Assembly (NCBI GenBank): GCA_965637545.1
Contig: OZ281495.1
Coordinates: 18,352,001-18,416,000, forward strand
Origin: Phallusia mammillata
Lineage: Eukaryota
DNA length: 64,000 bases
Reading direction: 5' to 3'
The notes under the pieces are model-generated. The model was not told where the DNA came from and did no database searches. It worked only from the letters and a program-made list of their open reading frames with translations. This document shows positions 24,801 through 39,800 of this stretch, one piece after another. The position numbers and the translations under genes are program-made. Position 1 is the first letter of the stretch. The number at the start of each line of letters is the position of its first letter.

Positions 24801-27800
24801 GATTGTTCAAAACAAAATATTTTGAAGAAGCATTAACCACCGGAAGCGGATTGGCTGTTGATAACATTTCCACATCTGTTGGAACTGCAGCTTCAACTTC
24901 AGAAGATATTAAAGATGTAACATCAGCCATTTCTCGAAAAATTCCCGCGTCAACATCCAAATCTGAACCAACAAAAACATCAACAACCGTTGAAGGTTCA
25001 GCATTAGCTACCAATAAAATCATTACTACTGCACCATCGCAAAAACTTGATAAAATTGTCGGAATGACTCAAGAGATGTTTGGTTATGAAACGACGAGTA
25101 CTATCGGTGGGCAAAGATATATTGTTCAATTCACCACAGAAATGTCGGGCATATTGGTTAGTGACGCAGATTTGACTACTGGAAGTGGATACTATGAAAC
25201 CGTGTATCATGTTGTTTCCGACTACGAAAAGTTGGAGCTTTTTACAGATCACTTAACCACCAACACAACATCGAAAGTTGTAAGTTTTGCCATGGGTTCA
25301 CCTGAAGTCATTTCAACTAAACTCATTTCACTTATCGAATCGTCGGCATTCGAAACAACTAAAGAAATTATCTCACAAATTTTACCAACCATCACCACAA
25401 AGAAACGTGATGAAACTTTAAAGACATCTTATTCCATAAACATTACTTTAACAAAAGAAGTTACTGCCACGACGAAAAAATTCCCTGGATTGTTCAAAAC
25501 AAAATATTTCGAAGAAGCATTAACCACCGGAAGCGGATTGGCTGTTGATGACATTTCCACATCTGTTGGAACTGCAGCTTCAACTTCAGAAGATATTAAA
25601 GATGTAACATCAGCCATTTCTCGAAAAATTCCCGCGTCATCACCCAAATCTGAACCAACAAAAACATCAACAACCGTTGAAGGTTCAGCATTAGCTACCA
25701 ATAAAATCATTACTGCTGCACCATCGCAAAAACTTGATAAAATTGTCGGAATGACTCAAGAGATGTTTAGTTATGAAACAACGAGTACTATTGGTGGGCA
25801 AAGATATATTGTTCAATTCACCACAGAAATGTCGGGCATATTGGTTAGTGACGCAGATTTGACTACTGGAAGTGGATACTATGAAACCGTGTATCATGTT
25901 GTTTCCGACTACGAAAAGTTGGAGCTTTTTACAGATCACTTAACCACCAACACAACATCGAAAGTTGTAAGTTTTGCCATGGGTTTACCTGAAGTCATTT
26001 CAACTAAACCCATTTCACTTATCGAATCGTCGGCATTCGAAACAACTAAAGAAATCATCTCACAAATTTTACCAACCATCACCACAAAGAAACGTGATGA
26101 AACTTTAAAGACATCTTATTCCATAAACATTACTTTACCAAAAGAAGTTACTGCCACGACGAAAAAACTCCCTGGATTGTTCAAAACAAAATATTTTGAA
26201 GAAGCATTAACCACCGGAAGCGGATTGGCTGTTGATAACATTTCCACATCTGTTGGAACTGCAGCTTCAACTTCAGAAGATATTAAAGATGTAACATCAG
26301 CCATTTCTCGAAAAATTCCCGCGTCAACATCCAAATCTGAACCAACAAAAACATCAACAACCGTTGAAGGTTCAGCATTAGCTACCAATAAAATCATTAC
26401 TACTGCACCATCGCAAAAACTTGATAAAATTGTCGGAATGACTCAAGAGATGTTTGGTTATGAAACGACGAGTACTATCGGTGGGCAAAGATATATTGTT
26501 CAATTCACCACAGAAATGTCGGGCATATTGGTTAGTGACGCAGATTTGACTACTGGAAGTGGATACTATGAAACCGTGTATCATGTTGTTTCCGACTACG
26601 AAAAGTTGGAGCTTTTTACAGATCACTTAACCACCAACACAACATCGAAAGTTGTAAGTTTTGCCATGGGTTCACCTGAAGTCATTTCAACTAAACTCAT
26701 TTCACTTATCGAATCGTCGGCATTCGAAACAACTAAAGAAATTATCTCACAAATTTTACCAACCATCACCACAAAGAAACGTGATGAAACTTTAAAGACA
26801 TCTTATTCCATAAACATTACTTTAACAAAAGAAGTTACTGCCACGACGAAAAAATTCCCTGGATTGTTCAAAACAAAATATTTCGAAGAAGCATTAACCA
26901 CCGGAAGCGGATTGGCTGTTGATGACATTTCCACATCTGTTGGAACTGCAGCTTCAACTTCAGAAGATATTAAAGATGTAACATCAGCCATTTCTCGAAA
27001 AATTCCCGCGTCATCACCCAAATCTGAACCAACAAAAACATCAACAACCGTTGAAGGTTCAGCATTAGCTACCAATAAAATCATTACTGCTGCACCATCG
27101 CAAAAACTTGATAAAATTGTCGGAATGACTCAAGAGATGTTTAGTTATGAAACAACGAGTACTATTGGTGGGCAAAGATATATTGTTCAATTCACCACAG
27201 AAATGTCGGGCATATTGGTTAGTGACGCAGATTTGACTACTGGAAGTGGATACTATGAAACCGTGTATCATGTTGTTTCCGACTACGAAAAGTTGGAGCT
27301 TTTTACAGATCACTTAACCACCAACACAACATCGAAAGTTGTAAGTTTTGCCATGGGTTTACCTGAAGTCATTTCAACTAAACCCATTTCACTTATCGAA
27401 TCGTCGGCATTCGAAACAACTAAAGAAATCATCTCACAAATTTTACCAACCATCACCACAAAGAAACGTGATGAAACTTTAAAGACATCTTATTCCATAA
27501 ACATTACTTTACCAAAAGAAGTTACTGCCACGACGAAAAAACTCCCTGGATTGTTCAAAACAAAATATTTTGAAGAAGCATTAACCACCGGAAGCGGATT
27601 GGCTGTTGATAACATTTCCACATCTGTTGGAACTGCAGCTTCAACTTCAGAAGATATTAAAGATGTAACATCAGCCATTTCTCGAAAAATTCCCGCGTCA
27701 ACATCCAAATCTGAACCAACAAAAACATCAACAACCGTTGAAGGTTCAGCATTAGCTACCAAAAAAATCATTACCACTGCACCATCGCAAAAACTTGATA

Positions 27801-30800
27801 AAATTGTCGGAATGACTCAAGAGATGTTTGGTTATGAAACGACGAGTACTATCGGTGGGCAAAGATATATTGTTCAATTCACCACAGAAATGTCGCGCAT
27901 ATTGGTTAGTGACGCAGATTTGACTACAGGAAGTGGATACTATGAAACCGTGTATCATGTTGTTTCCGACTACGAAAAGTTGGAGCTTTTTACAGATCAC
28001 TTAACCACCAACACAACATCGAAAGTTGTAAGTTTTGCTATGGGTTCACCCGAAGTCATTTCAACTAAACCCATTTCACTTATCGAATCGTCGGCATTCG
28101 AAACAACTAAAGAAATTATCTCACAAATTTTACCAACCATCACCACAAAGAAACGTGATGAAACTTTAAAGACATCTTATTCCATAAACATTACTTTAAC
28201 AAAAGAAGTTACTGCCACGACGAAAAAACTCCCTGGATTGTTCAAAACAAAATATTTCGAAGAAGCATTAACCACCGGAAGCGGATTGGCTGTTGATAAC
28301 ATTTCCACATCGGTTGGAACTGCAGCTTCAACTTCAGAAGATATTAAAGATGTAACATCAGCCATTTCTCGAAAAATTCCCGCGTCAACATCCAAATCTG
28401 AACCAACAAAAACATCAACAACCGTTGAAGGTTCAGCATTAGCTACCAATAAAATCATTACTACTGCACCATCGCAAAAACTTGATAAAATTGTCGGAAT
28501 GACTCAAGATATGTTTAGTTATGAAACGACGAGTACTATCGATGGGCAAAGATATATTGTTCAATTCACCACAGAAATGTCGGGCATATTGGTTAGTGAC
28601 GCAGATTTGACTACTGGAAGTCGATACTATGAAACCGTGTATCATGTTGTTTCCGACTACGAAAAGTTGGAGCTTTTTACAGATCACTTAACCACCAACA
28701 CAACATCGAAAGTTGTAAGTTTTGCCATGGGTTTACCTGAAGTCATTTCAACTAAACCCATTTCACTTATCGAATCGTCGGCATTCGAAACAACTAAAGA
28801 AATTATCACACAATTTTTACCAACCATCACCACAAAGAAACGTGATGAAACTTTAAAGACATCTTATTCCATAAACATTACTTTACCAAAAGAAGTTACT
28901 GCCACGACGAAAAAACTCCCTGGATTGTTCAAAACAAAATATTTCGAAGAAGCATTAACCACCGGAAGCGGATTGGCTGTTGATGACATTTCCACATCTG
29001 TTGGAACTGCAGCTTCAACTTCAGAAGATATTAAATATGTAACATCAGCCATTTCTCGAAAAATTCCCGCGTCAACATCCAAATCTGAACCAACAAAAAC
29101 ATCAACAACCGTTGAAGGTTCAGCATTAGCTACCAATAAAATCATTACCACTGCACCATCGCAAAAACTTGATAAAATTGTCGGAATGACTCAAGAGATG
29201 TTTGGTTATGAAACGACGAGTACTATCGGTGGGCAAAGATATATTGTTCAATTCACCACAGAAATGTCGGGCATATTGGTTAGTGACGCAGATTTGACTA
29301 CTGGAAGTGGATACTATGAAACCGTGTATCATGTTGTTTCCGACTACGAAAAGTTGGAGCTTTTTACAGATCACTTAACCACCAACACAACATCGAAAGT
29401 TGTAAGTTTTGCTATGGGTTCACCTGAAGTCATTTCAACTAAACCCATTTCACTTATCGAATCGTCGGCATTCGAAACAACTAAAGAAATTATCTCACAA
29501 ATTTTACCAACCATCACCACAAAGAAACGTGATGAAACTTTAAAGACATCTTATTCCATAAACATTACTTTACCAAAAGAAGTTACTGCCACGACGAAAA
29601 AACTGCCTGGATTGTTCAAAACAAAATATTTCGAAGAAGCATTAACCACCGGAAGCGGATTGGCTGTTGATGACATTTCCACATCTGTTGGAACTGCAGC
29701 TTCAACTTCAGAAGATATTAAAGATGTAACATCAGCCATTTCTCGAAAAATTCCCGCGTCAACATCCAAATCTGAACCAACAAAAACATCAACAACCGTT
29801 GAAGGTTCAGCATTAGCTACCAATAAAATCATTACCACTGCACCATCGCAAAAACTTGATAAAATTGTCGGAATGACTCAAGAGATGTTTAGTTATGAAA
29901 CGACGAGTACTATCGGTGGGCAAAGATATATTGTTCAATTCACCACAGAAATGTCGGGCATATTGGTTAGTGACGCAGATTTGACTACTGGAAGTGGATA
30001 CTATGAAACCGTGTATCATGTTGTTTCCGACTACGAAAAGTTGGAGCTTTTTACAGATCACTTAACCACCAACACAACATCGAAAGTTGTAAGTTTTGCT
30101 ATGGGTTCACCCGAAGTCATTTCAACTAAACCCATTTCACTTATCGAATCGTCGGCATTCGAAACAACTAAAGAAATTATCTCACAATTTTTACCAACCA
30201 TCACCACAAAGAAACGTGATGAAACTTTAAAGACATCTTATTCCATTAACATTACTTTACCAAAAGAAGTTACTGCCACGACGAAAAAACTGCCTGGATT
30301 GTTCAAAACAAAATATTTCGAAGAAGCATTAACCACCGGAAGCGGATTGGCTGTTGATGACATTTCCACATCTGTTGGAACTGCAGCTTCAACTTCAGAA
30401 GATATTAAAGATGTAACATCAGCCATTTCTCGAAAAATTCCCGCGTCAACATCCAAATCTGAACCAACAAAAACATCAACAACCGTTGAAGGTTCAGCAT
30501 TAGCTACCAATAAAATCATTACCACTGCACCATCGCAAAAACTTGATAAAATTGTCGGAATGACTCAAGAGATGTTTGGTTATGAAACGACGAGTACTAT
30601 CGGTGGGCAAAGATATATTGTTCAATTCACCACAGAAATGTCGGGCATATTGGTTAGTGACGCAGATTTGACTACTGGAAGTGGATACTATGAAACCGTG
30701 TATCATGTTGTTTCCGACTACGAAAAGTTGGAGCTTTTTACAGATCACTTAACCACCAACACAACATCGAAAGTTGTAAGTTTTGCTATGGGTTCACCCG

Positions 30801-33800
30801 AAGTCATTTCAACTAAACCCATTTCACTTATCGAATCGTCGGCATTCGAAACAACTAAAGAAATTATCTCACAAATTTTACCAACCATCACCACAAAGAA
30901 ACGTGATGAAACTTTAAAGACATCTTATTCCATAAACATTACTTTACCAAAAGAAATTACTGCCACGACGAAAAAACTCCCTGGATTGTTCAAAATAAAA
31001 TATTTCGAAGAAGGATTAACCACCGGAAGCGGATTGGCTGTTGATGACATTTCCACATCTGTTGGAACTGCAGCTCCAACCTCAAAAGATATTAAAGATG
31101 TAACATCAGTCATTTCTCGAAAAATTCCCGCGTCAACATCCAAATCTGAACCAACAAAAACATCAACAACCGTTGAAGGTTCAGCATTAGCTACCAATAA
31201 AATCATTACTACTGCACCATCGCAAAAACTTGATAAAATTGTCGGAATGACTCAAGAGATGTTTAGTTATGAAACGACGAGTACTATCGGTGGGCAAAGA
31301 TATATTGTTCAATTCACCACAGAAATGTCCGGCATATTGGTTAGTGACGCAGATTTGACTACTGGAAGTGGATACTATGAAACCGTGTATCATGTTATTT
31401 CCGACTACGAAAAGTTGGAGCTTTTTACAGATCACTTAACCACCAACACAACATCGAAAGTTGTAAGTTTTGCTATGGGTTCACCCGAAGTCATTTCAAC
31501 TAAACCCATTTCACTTATCGAATCGTCGGCATTCGAAACAACTAAAGAAATTATCTCACAAATTTTACCAACCATCACCACAAAGAAACGTGATGAAACT
31601 TTAAAGACATCTTATTCCATAAACATTACTTTACCAAAAGAAGTTACTGCCACGACGAAAAAACTGCCTGGATTGTTCAAAACAAAATATTTCGAAGAAG
31701 GATTAACCACCGGAAGCGGATTGGCTGTTGATGACATTTCCACATCTGTTGGAACTGCAGCTTCAACTTCAGAAGATATTAAAGATGTAACATCAGCCAT
31801 TTCTCGAAAAATTCCCGCGTCAACATCCAAATCTGAACCAACAAAAACATCAACAACCGTTGAAGGTTCAGCATTAGCTACCAATAAAATCATTACCACT
31901 GCACCATCGCAAAAACTTGATAAAATTGTCGGAATGACTCAAGAGATGTTTAGTTATGAAACGACGAGTACTATCGGTGGGCAAAGATATATTGTTCAAT
32001 TCACCACAGAAATGTCGGGCATATTGGTTAGTGACGCAGATTTGACTACTGGAAGTGGATACTATGAAACCGTGTATCATGTTGTTTCCGACTACGAAAA
32101 GTTAAAGCTTTTTACAGATCACTTAACCACCAACACAACATCGAAAGTTGTAAGTTTTGCCATGGGTTTACCTGAAGTCATTTCAACTAAACCCATTTCA
32201 CTTATCGAATCGTCGGCATTCGAAACAACTAAAGAAATTATCTCACAATTTTTACCAACCATCACCACAAAGAAACGTGATGAAACTTTAAAGACATCTT
32301 ATTCCATAAACATTACTTTACCAAAAGAAGTTACTGCCACGACGAAAAAACTCCCTGGATTGTTCAAAACAAAATATTTCGAAGAAGCATTAACCACCGG
32401 AAGCGGATTGGCTGTTGATAACATTTCCACATCTGTTGGAACTGCAGCTTCAACTTCAGAAGATATTAAAGATGTAACATCAGCCATTTCTCGAAAAATT
32501 CCCGCGTCAACATCCAAATCTGAACCAACAAAAACATCAACAACCGTTGAAGGTTCAGCATTCGCTACTAATAAAATCATTACCATTGCACCATCGCAAA
32601 AACTTGATAAAATTGTCGGAATGACTCAAGAGATGTTTAGTTATGAAACAACGAGTACTATTGGTGGGCAAAGATATATTGTTCAATTCACCACAGAAAT
32701 GTCAGGCATATTGGTTAGTGACGCAGATTTGACTACTGGAAGTGGATACTATGAAACCGTGTATCATGTTGTTTCCGACTACGAAAAGTTGAAGCTTTTT
32801 ACAGATCACTTAACCACCAACACAACATCGAAAGTTGTAAGTTTTGCTATGGGTTCACCTGAAGTCATTTCAACTAAACCCATTTCACTTATCGAATCGT
32901 CGGCATTCGAAACAACCAAAGAAATTATCTCACAAATTTTACCAACCATCACCACAAAGAAACGTGATGAAACTTTAAAAACATCTTATTCCATAAACAT
33001 TACTTTAACAAAAGAAGTTACTGCCACGACGAAAAAACTCCCTGGATTGTTCAAAACAAAATATTTCGAAGAAGGATTAACCACCGGAAGCGGATTGGCT
33101 GTTGATGACATTTCCACATCTGTTGGAACTGCAGCTTCAACTTCAGAAGATATTAAAGATGTAACATCAGCCATTTCTCGAAAAATTCCCGCGTCAACAT
33201 CCAAATCTGAACCAACAAAAACATCAACAACCGTTGAAGGTTCAGCATTAGCTACCAATAAAATCATTACTACTGCACCATCGCAAAAACTTGATAAAAT
33301 TGTCGGAATGACTCAAGAGATGTTTGGTTATGAAATGACGAGTACTATCGGTGGGCAAAGATATATTGTTCAATTCACCACAGAAATGTCGGGCATATTG
33401 GTTAGTGACGCAGATTTGACTACTGGAAGTGGATACTATGAAACCGTGTATCATGTTGTTTCCGACTACGAAAAGTTGGAGCTTTTTACAGATCACTTAA
33501 CCACCAACACAACATCGAAAGTTGTAAGTTTTGCTATGGGTTCACCCGAAGTCATTTCAACTAAACCCATTTCACTTATCGAATCGTCGGCATTCGAAAC
33601 AACTAAAGAAATTATCTCACAATTTTTACCAACCATCACCACAAAGAAACGTGATGAAACTTTAAAGACATCTTATTCCATAAACATTACTTTACCAAAA
33701 GAAGTTACTGCCAAAACGAAAAAACTCCCTGGATTGTTCAAAACAAAATATTTCGAAGAAGCATTAACCACCGGAAGCGGATTGGCTGTTGATAACATTT

Positions 33801-36800
33801 CCACATCTGTTGGAACTGCAGCTTCAACTTCAGAAGATATTAAAGATGTAACATCAGCCATTTCTCGAAAAATTCCTGCGTCAACATCCAAATCTGAACC
33901 AACAAAAACATCAACAACCGTTGAAGGTTCAGCATTCGCTACTAATAAAATCATTACCATTGCACCATCGCAAAAACTTGATAAAATTGTCGGAATGACT
34001 CAAGAGATGTTTAGTTATGAAACAACGAGTACTATTGGTGGGCAAAGATATATTGTTCAATTCACCACAGAAATGTCAGGCATATTGGTTAGTGACGCAG
34101 ATTTGACTACTGGAAGTGGATACTATGAAACCGTGTATCATGTTGTTTCCGACTACGAAAAGTTGAAGCTTTTTACAGATCACTTAACCACCAACACAAC
34201 ATCGAAAGTTGTAAGTTTTGCTATGGGTTCACCTGAAGTCATTTCAACTAAACCCATTTCACTTATCGAATCGTCGGCATTCGAAACAACCAAAGAAATT
34301 ATCTCACAAATTTTACCAACCATCACCACAAAGAAACGTGATGAAACTTTAAAGACATCTTATTCCATAAACATTACTTTACCAAAAGAAGTTACTGCCA
34401 CGACGAAAAAACTCCCTGGATTGTTCAAAACAAAATATTTCGAAGAAGCATTAACCACCGGAAGCGGATTGGCTGTTGATAACATTTCCACATCTGTTGG
34501 AACTGCAGCTTCAACTTCAGAAGATATTAAAGATGTAACATCAGCCATTTCTCGAAAAATTCCCGCGTCAACATCCAAATCTGAACCAACAAAAACATCA
34601 ACAACCGTTGAAGGTTCAGCATTCGCTACTAATAAAATCATTACCATTGCACCATCGCAAAAACTTGATAAAATTGTCGGAATGACTCAAGAGATGTTTA
34701 GTTATGAAACAACGAGTACTATTGGTGGGCAAAGATATATTGTTCAATTCACCACAGAAATGTCAGGCATATTGGTTAGTGACGCAGATTTGACTACTGG
34801 AAGTGGATACTATGAAACCGTGTATCATGTTGTTTCCGACTACGAAAAGTTGAAGCTTTTTACAGATCACTTAACCACCAACACAACATCGAAAGTTGTA
34901 AGTTTTGCTATGGGTTCACCTGAAGTCATTTCAACTAAACCCATTTCACTTATCGAATCGTCGGCATTCGAAACAACCAAAGAAATTATCTCACAAATTT
35001 TACCAACCATCACCACAAAGAAACGTGATGAAACTTTAAAAACATCTTATTCCATAAACATTACTTTAACAAAAGAAGTTACTGCCACGACGAAAAAACT
35101 CCCTGGATTGTTCAAAACAAAATATTTCGAAGAAGGATTAACCACCGGAAGCGGATTGGCTGTTGATGACATTTCCACATCTGTTGGAACTGCAGCTTCA
35201 ACTTCAGAAGATATTAAAGATGTAACATCAGCCATTTCTCGAAAAATTCCCGCGTCAACATCCAAATCTGAACCAACAAAAACATCAACAACCGTTGAAG
35301 GTTCAGCATTAGCTACCAATAAAATCATTACTACTGCACCATCGCAAAAACTTGATAAAATTGTCGGAATGACTCAAGAGATGTTTGGTTATGAAATGAC
35401 GAGTACTATCGGTGGGCAAAGATATATTGTTCAATTCACCACAGAAATGTCGGGCATATTGGTTAGTGACGCAGATTTGACTACTGGAAGTGGATACTAT
35501 GAAACCGTGTATCATGTTGTTTCCGACTACGAAAAGTTGGAGCTTTTTACAGATCACTTAACCACCAACACAACATCGAAAGTTGTAAGTTTTGCTATGG
35601 GTTCACCCGAAGTCATTTCAACTAAACCCATTTCACTTATCGAATCGTCGGCATTCGAAACAACTAAAGAAATTATCTCACAATTTTTACCAACCATCAC
35701 CACAAAGAAACGTGATGAAACTTTAAAGACATCTTATTCCATAAACATTACTTTACCAAAAGAAGTTACTGCCACGACGAAAAAACTCCCTGGATTGTTC
35801 AAAACAAAATATTTCGAAGAAGCATTAACCACCGGAAGCGGATTGGATGTTGATAACATTTCCACATCTGTTGGAACTGCAGCTTCAACTTCAGAAGATA
35901 TTAAAGATGTAACATCAGCCATTTCTCGAAAAATTCCTGCGTCAACATCCAAATCTGAACCAACAAAAACATCAACAACCGTTGAAGGTTCAGCATTCGC
36001 TACTAATAAAATCATTACCATTGCACCATCGCAAAAACTTGATAAAATTGTCGGAATGACTCAAGAGATGTTTAGTTATGAAACAACGAGTACTATTGGT
36101 GGGCAAAGATATATTGTTCAATTCACCACAGAAATGTCAGGCATATTGGTTAGTGACGCAGATTTGACTACTGGAAGTGGATACTATGAAACCGTGTATC
36201 ATGTTGTTTCCGACTACGAAAAGTTGAAGCTTTTTACAGATCACTTAACCACCAACACAACATCGAAAGTTGTAAGTTTTGCTATGGGTTCACCTGAAGT
36301 CATTTCAACTAAACCCATTTCACTTATCGAATCGTCGGCATTCGAAACAACCAAAGAAATTATCTCACAAATTTTACCAACCATCACCACAAAGAAACGT
36401 GATGAAACTTTAAAGACATCTTATTCCATAAACATTACTTTAACAAAAGAAGTTACTGCCACGACGAAAAAACTCCCTGGATTGTTCAAAACAAAATATT
36501 TCGAAGAAGGATTAACCACCGGAAGCGGATTGGCTGTTGATGACATTTCCACATCTGTTGGAACTGCAGCTTCAACTTCAGAAGATATTAAAGATGTAAC
36601 ATCAGCCATTTCTCGAAAAATTCCCGCGTCAACATCCAAATCTGAACCAACAAAAACATCAACAACCGTTGAAGGTTCAGCATTAGCTACCAATAAAATC
36701 ATTACTACTGCACCATCGCAAAAACTTGATAAAATTGTCGGAATGACTCAAGAGATGTTTAGTTATGAAATGACGAGTACTATCGGTGGGCAAAGATATA

Positions 36801-39800
36801 TTGTTCAATTCACCACAGAAATGTCGGGCATATTGGTTAGTGACGCAGATTTGACTACTGGAAGTGGATACTATGAAACCGTGTATCATGTTGTTTCCGA
36901 CTACGAAAAGTTGGAGCTTTTTACAGATCACTTAACCACCAACACAACATCGAAAGTTGTAAGTTTTGCCATGGGTTTACCCGCAGTCATTTCAACTAAA
37001 CCCATTTCACTTATCGAATCGTCGGCATTCGAAACAACTAAAGAAATTATCTCACAAATTTTACCAACCATGACCACAAAGAAACGTGATGAAACTTTAC
37101 AGACATCTTATTCCACGAACATTACTTTACCGAAAGAAATCACTTCCACGACGAAAAAACTCCCTGGATTGTTCAAAACAAAATATTTCGAAGAAGGATT
37201 AACCACCGGAAGCGGATTGGCTGTTGATGACATTTCCACATCTGTTGGAACTGCAGCTTCAACCTTAGAAGATATTAAAGATGTAACATCAGCAATTTCT
37301 CGAAAAATTCCCGCGTCAACACCCAAATCTGAACCAACAAAAACATCAACAACCGTTGAAGGTTCAGCATTCGCTACTAATGAAATCATTACTGCTGCAC
37401 CATCGCAAACATTTGATAAAATTGTCGGAATGACTCAAGAGATGTTTAGTTATGAAACGACGAGTACTATCGATGGGCAAAGATATATTATTCAATTCAC
37501 CACAGAAATGTCGGGCATATTGGTTAGTGACGCAGATTTGACTACTGGAAGTGGATACTATGAAACCGTGTATGATGTTGTTTCCGACTCCGAAAAGTTG
37601 GAAGTTGTTACAGATCACTTAACCACCAACTCAACATCGAAAGTTGTAAGTTTTGCCATGGGTTTAACTGAAGTCATTTCAACTACACCCATTTCACTTA
37701 TCGAATCGTCGGCATTCGAAACAACTAAAGAAATTATTTCACAAATTTTGTTAACCACCTCTCCCAAGAAACGTGATGAAACTTTAGAAAGATATTTTTC
37801 TATAAACATTACTTTATCAGAAGAAATTACTGCCACGACGAAAAAACTCCCTGGATTGTTCAAAACAAAATATTTCGAAGAAGCATTTTCAACCGGAAGC
37901 GGATTGACTGTTGATGACATTTCTACATCTGTTGGAACTGCAGCTTCAACCTCAGAAGATATTAAAGAAGCAACATCAGCCATTTCTCGAAAAATTCCCG
38001 CGTCAACACCCAAATCTGAACCAACAAAAACATCAACAACCGTTGAAGGTTCAGCATTCGCTACTAATAAAATCATTACTGCTGCACCATCGCAAACATT
38101 TGATAAAATTGTCGGAATGACTCAAGAGATGTTTAGTTATGAAACGACGAGTACTATCGGTGAGCAAAGATATATTGTTCAATTCACCACAGAAATGTCG
38201 GGCATATTGGTTAGTGACGCAGATTTGACTACTGGAAGTCGATACTATGAAACCGTGTATCATGTTGTTTCCGACCACGAAAAGTTGGAGCTTTTTACAG
38301 ATCACTTATCCACCAACTCAACATCGAAAGTTGTAAGTTTTGCCATGGGTTTAACTGAAGTCATTTCAACTACACCCATTTCACTTATCGAATCGTCGGC
38401 ATTCGAAACAACTAAAGAAATTATCTCACAAATTTTACCAACCACCACCACAAAGAAACGTGATGAATCTTTAAAGACATCTTATTCCACAAACATTACT
38501 TTACCAAAAGAAATCACTGCCACGACGAAAAAACTCCCTGGATTGTTCAAAACAAAATATTTCGAAGAAGGATTAACCACCGGAAGCGGATTGGATGTTG
38601 ATGACATTTCCACATCTGTTGGAATTGCACCTTCAACTTCAGAAGATATTAAAGATGTAACATCAGCCATTTCTCGAAAAATTCCCGCGTCAACACCCAA
38701 ATCTGAACCAACAAAAACATTAACAACCGTTGAAGGTTCAGCATTAGCTACCAATAAAACCATTACTGCTGCACCATCGCAAAAACTTGATAAAATTGTC
38801 GGAATGACACAAGAGATGTTTAGTTATGAAACGACGAGTACTATCGGTTGGCAAAGATATATTGTTCAATTCACCACAGAAATGTCGGGCATATTGGTTA
38901 GTGACGCAGATTTGACTACTGGAAGTGGATACTATGAAACCGTGTATGATGTTGTTTCCGACTACGAAAAGTTGGAAGTTGTTACAGATCACTTAACCAC
39001 CAACTCAACATCGAAAGTTGTAAGTTTTGCCATGGGTTTAACTGAAGTCATTTCAACTACACCCATTTCACTTATCGAATCGTCGGCATTCGAAACAACT
39101 GAAGAAATTATTTCACAAATTTTGTTAACCACCTCTCCCAAGAAACGTGATGAAACTTTAGAAAGATATTTTTCTATAAACATTACTTTATCAGAAGAAA
39201 TTACTGCCACGACGAAGAAACTCCCTGGATTGTTCAAAACAAAATATTTCGAAGAAGCATTTTCAACCGGAAGCGGATTGACTGTTGATGACATTTCTAC
39301 ATCTGTTGGAACTGCAGCTTCAACCTCAGAAGACATTAAAGATGTCACATCAATTAGCTCCAAACAAAGTCCAGCTTCAACACTTAATCCTAAACCAAGA
39401 AATGTATCATCAATTTTTGAAAGTTCAACAGTTTCTCTTACTCCCATTACAATTTTAACCACTGCACAAGTTCAAAAAAGGATTAGCATCTTGCCACCAA
39501 CACAGGCGACGTATTGTTGTGAAACGACTACTATAATCGATTTGCTGAGATACCATGCTCTATCAGAAGTTGAAACGTTTGTTATTGAGATGACTTTGGC
39601 TACTCCAGCTGGATATTTGGAAACTGATTTGATGTTTATTTCTGACTACGTAACCTGGGCATATTTTTCAGATCATTTAATGTCGGACACAACCGAAGTG
39701 CTTGAAAGTTTTTTCACGGAATCGGTTGATGTTATAACTTACCTACCTTATTCACTTTTCGAATTCACCGTTTTTGAAACAGCCATACAAAGTACTTTAA

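Noticed and set aside
9515-39345. Array as CRISPR or non-coding satellite
   Set aside because: There is no repeat-spacer structure, and the units are 687 bp and fully in frame within a spliced eukaryotic gene.
9376-39462. Dozens of recurring minus-strand ORFs (93-95 aa and 82 aa)
   Set aside because: They are antisense shadows of the 687-bp coding repeat: same period, no domain signal, and disrupted by changes that are silent or tolerated on the plus strand.
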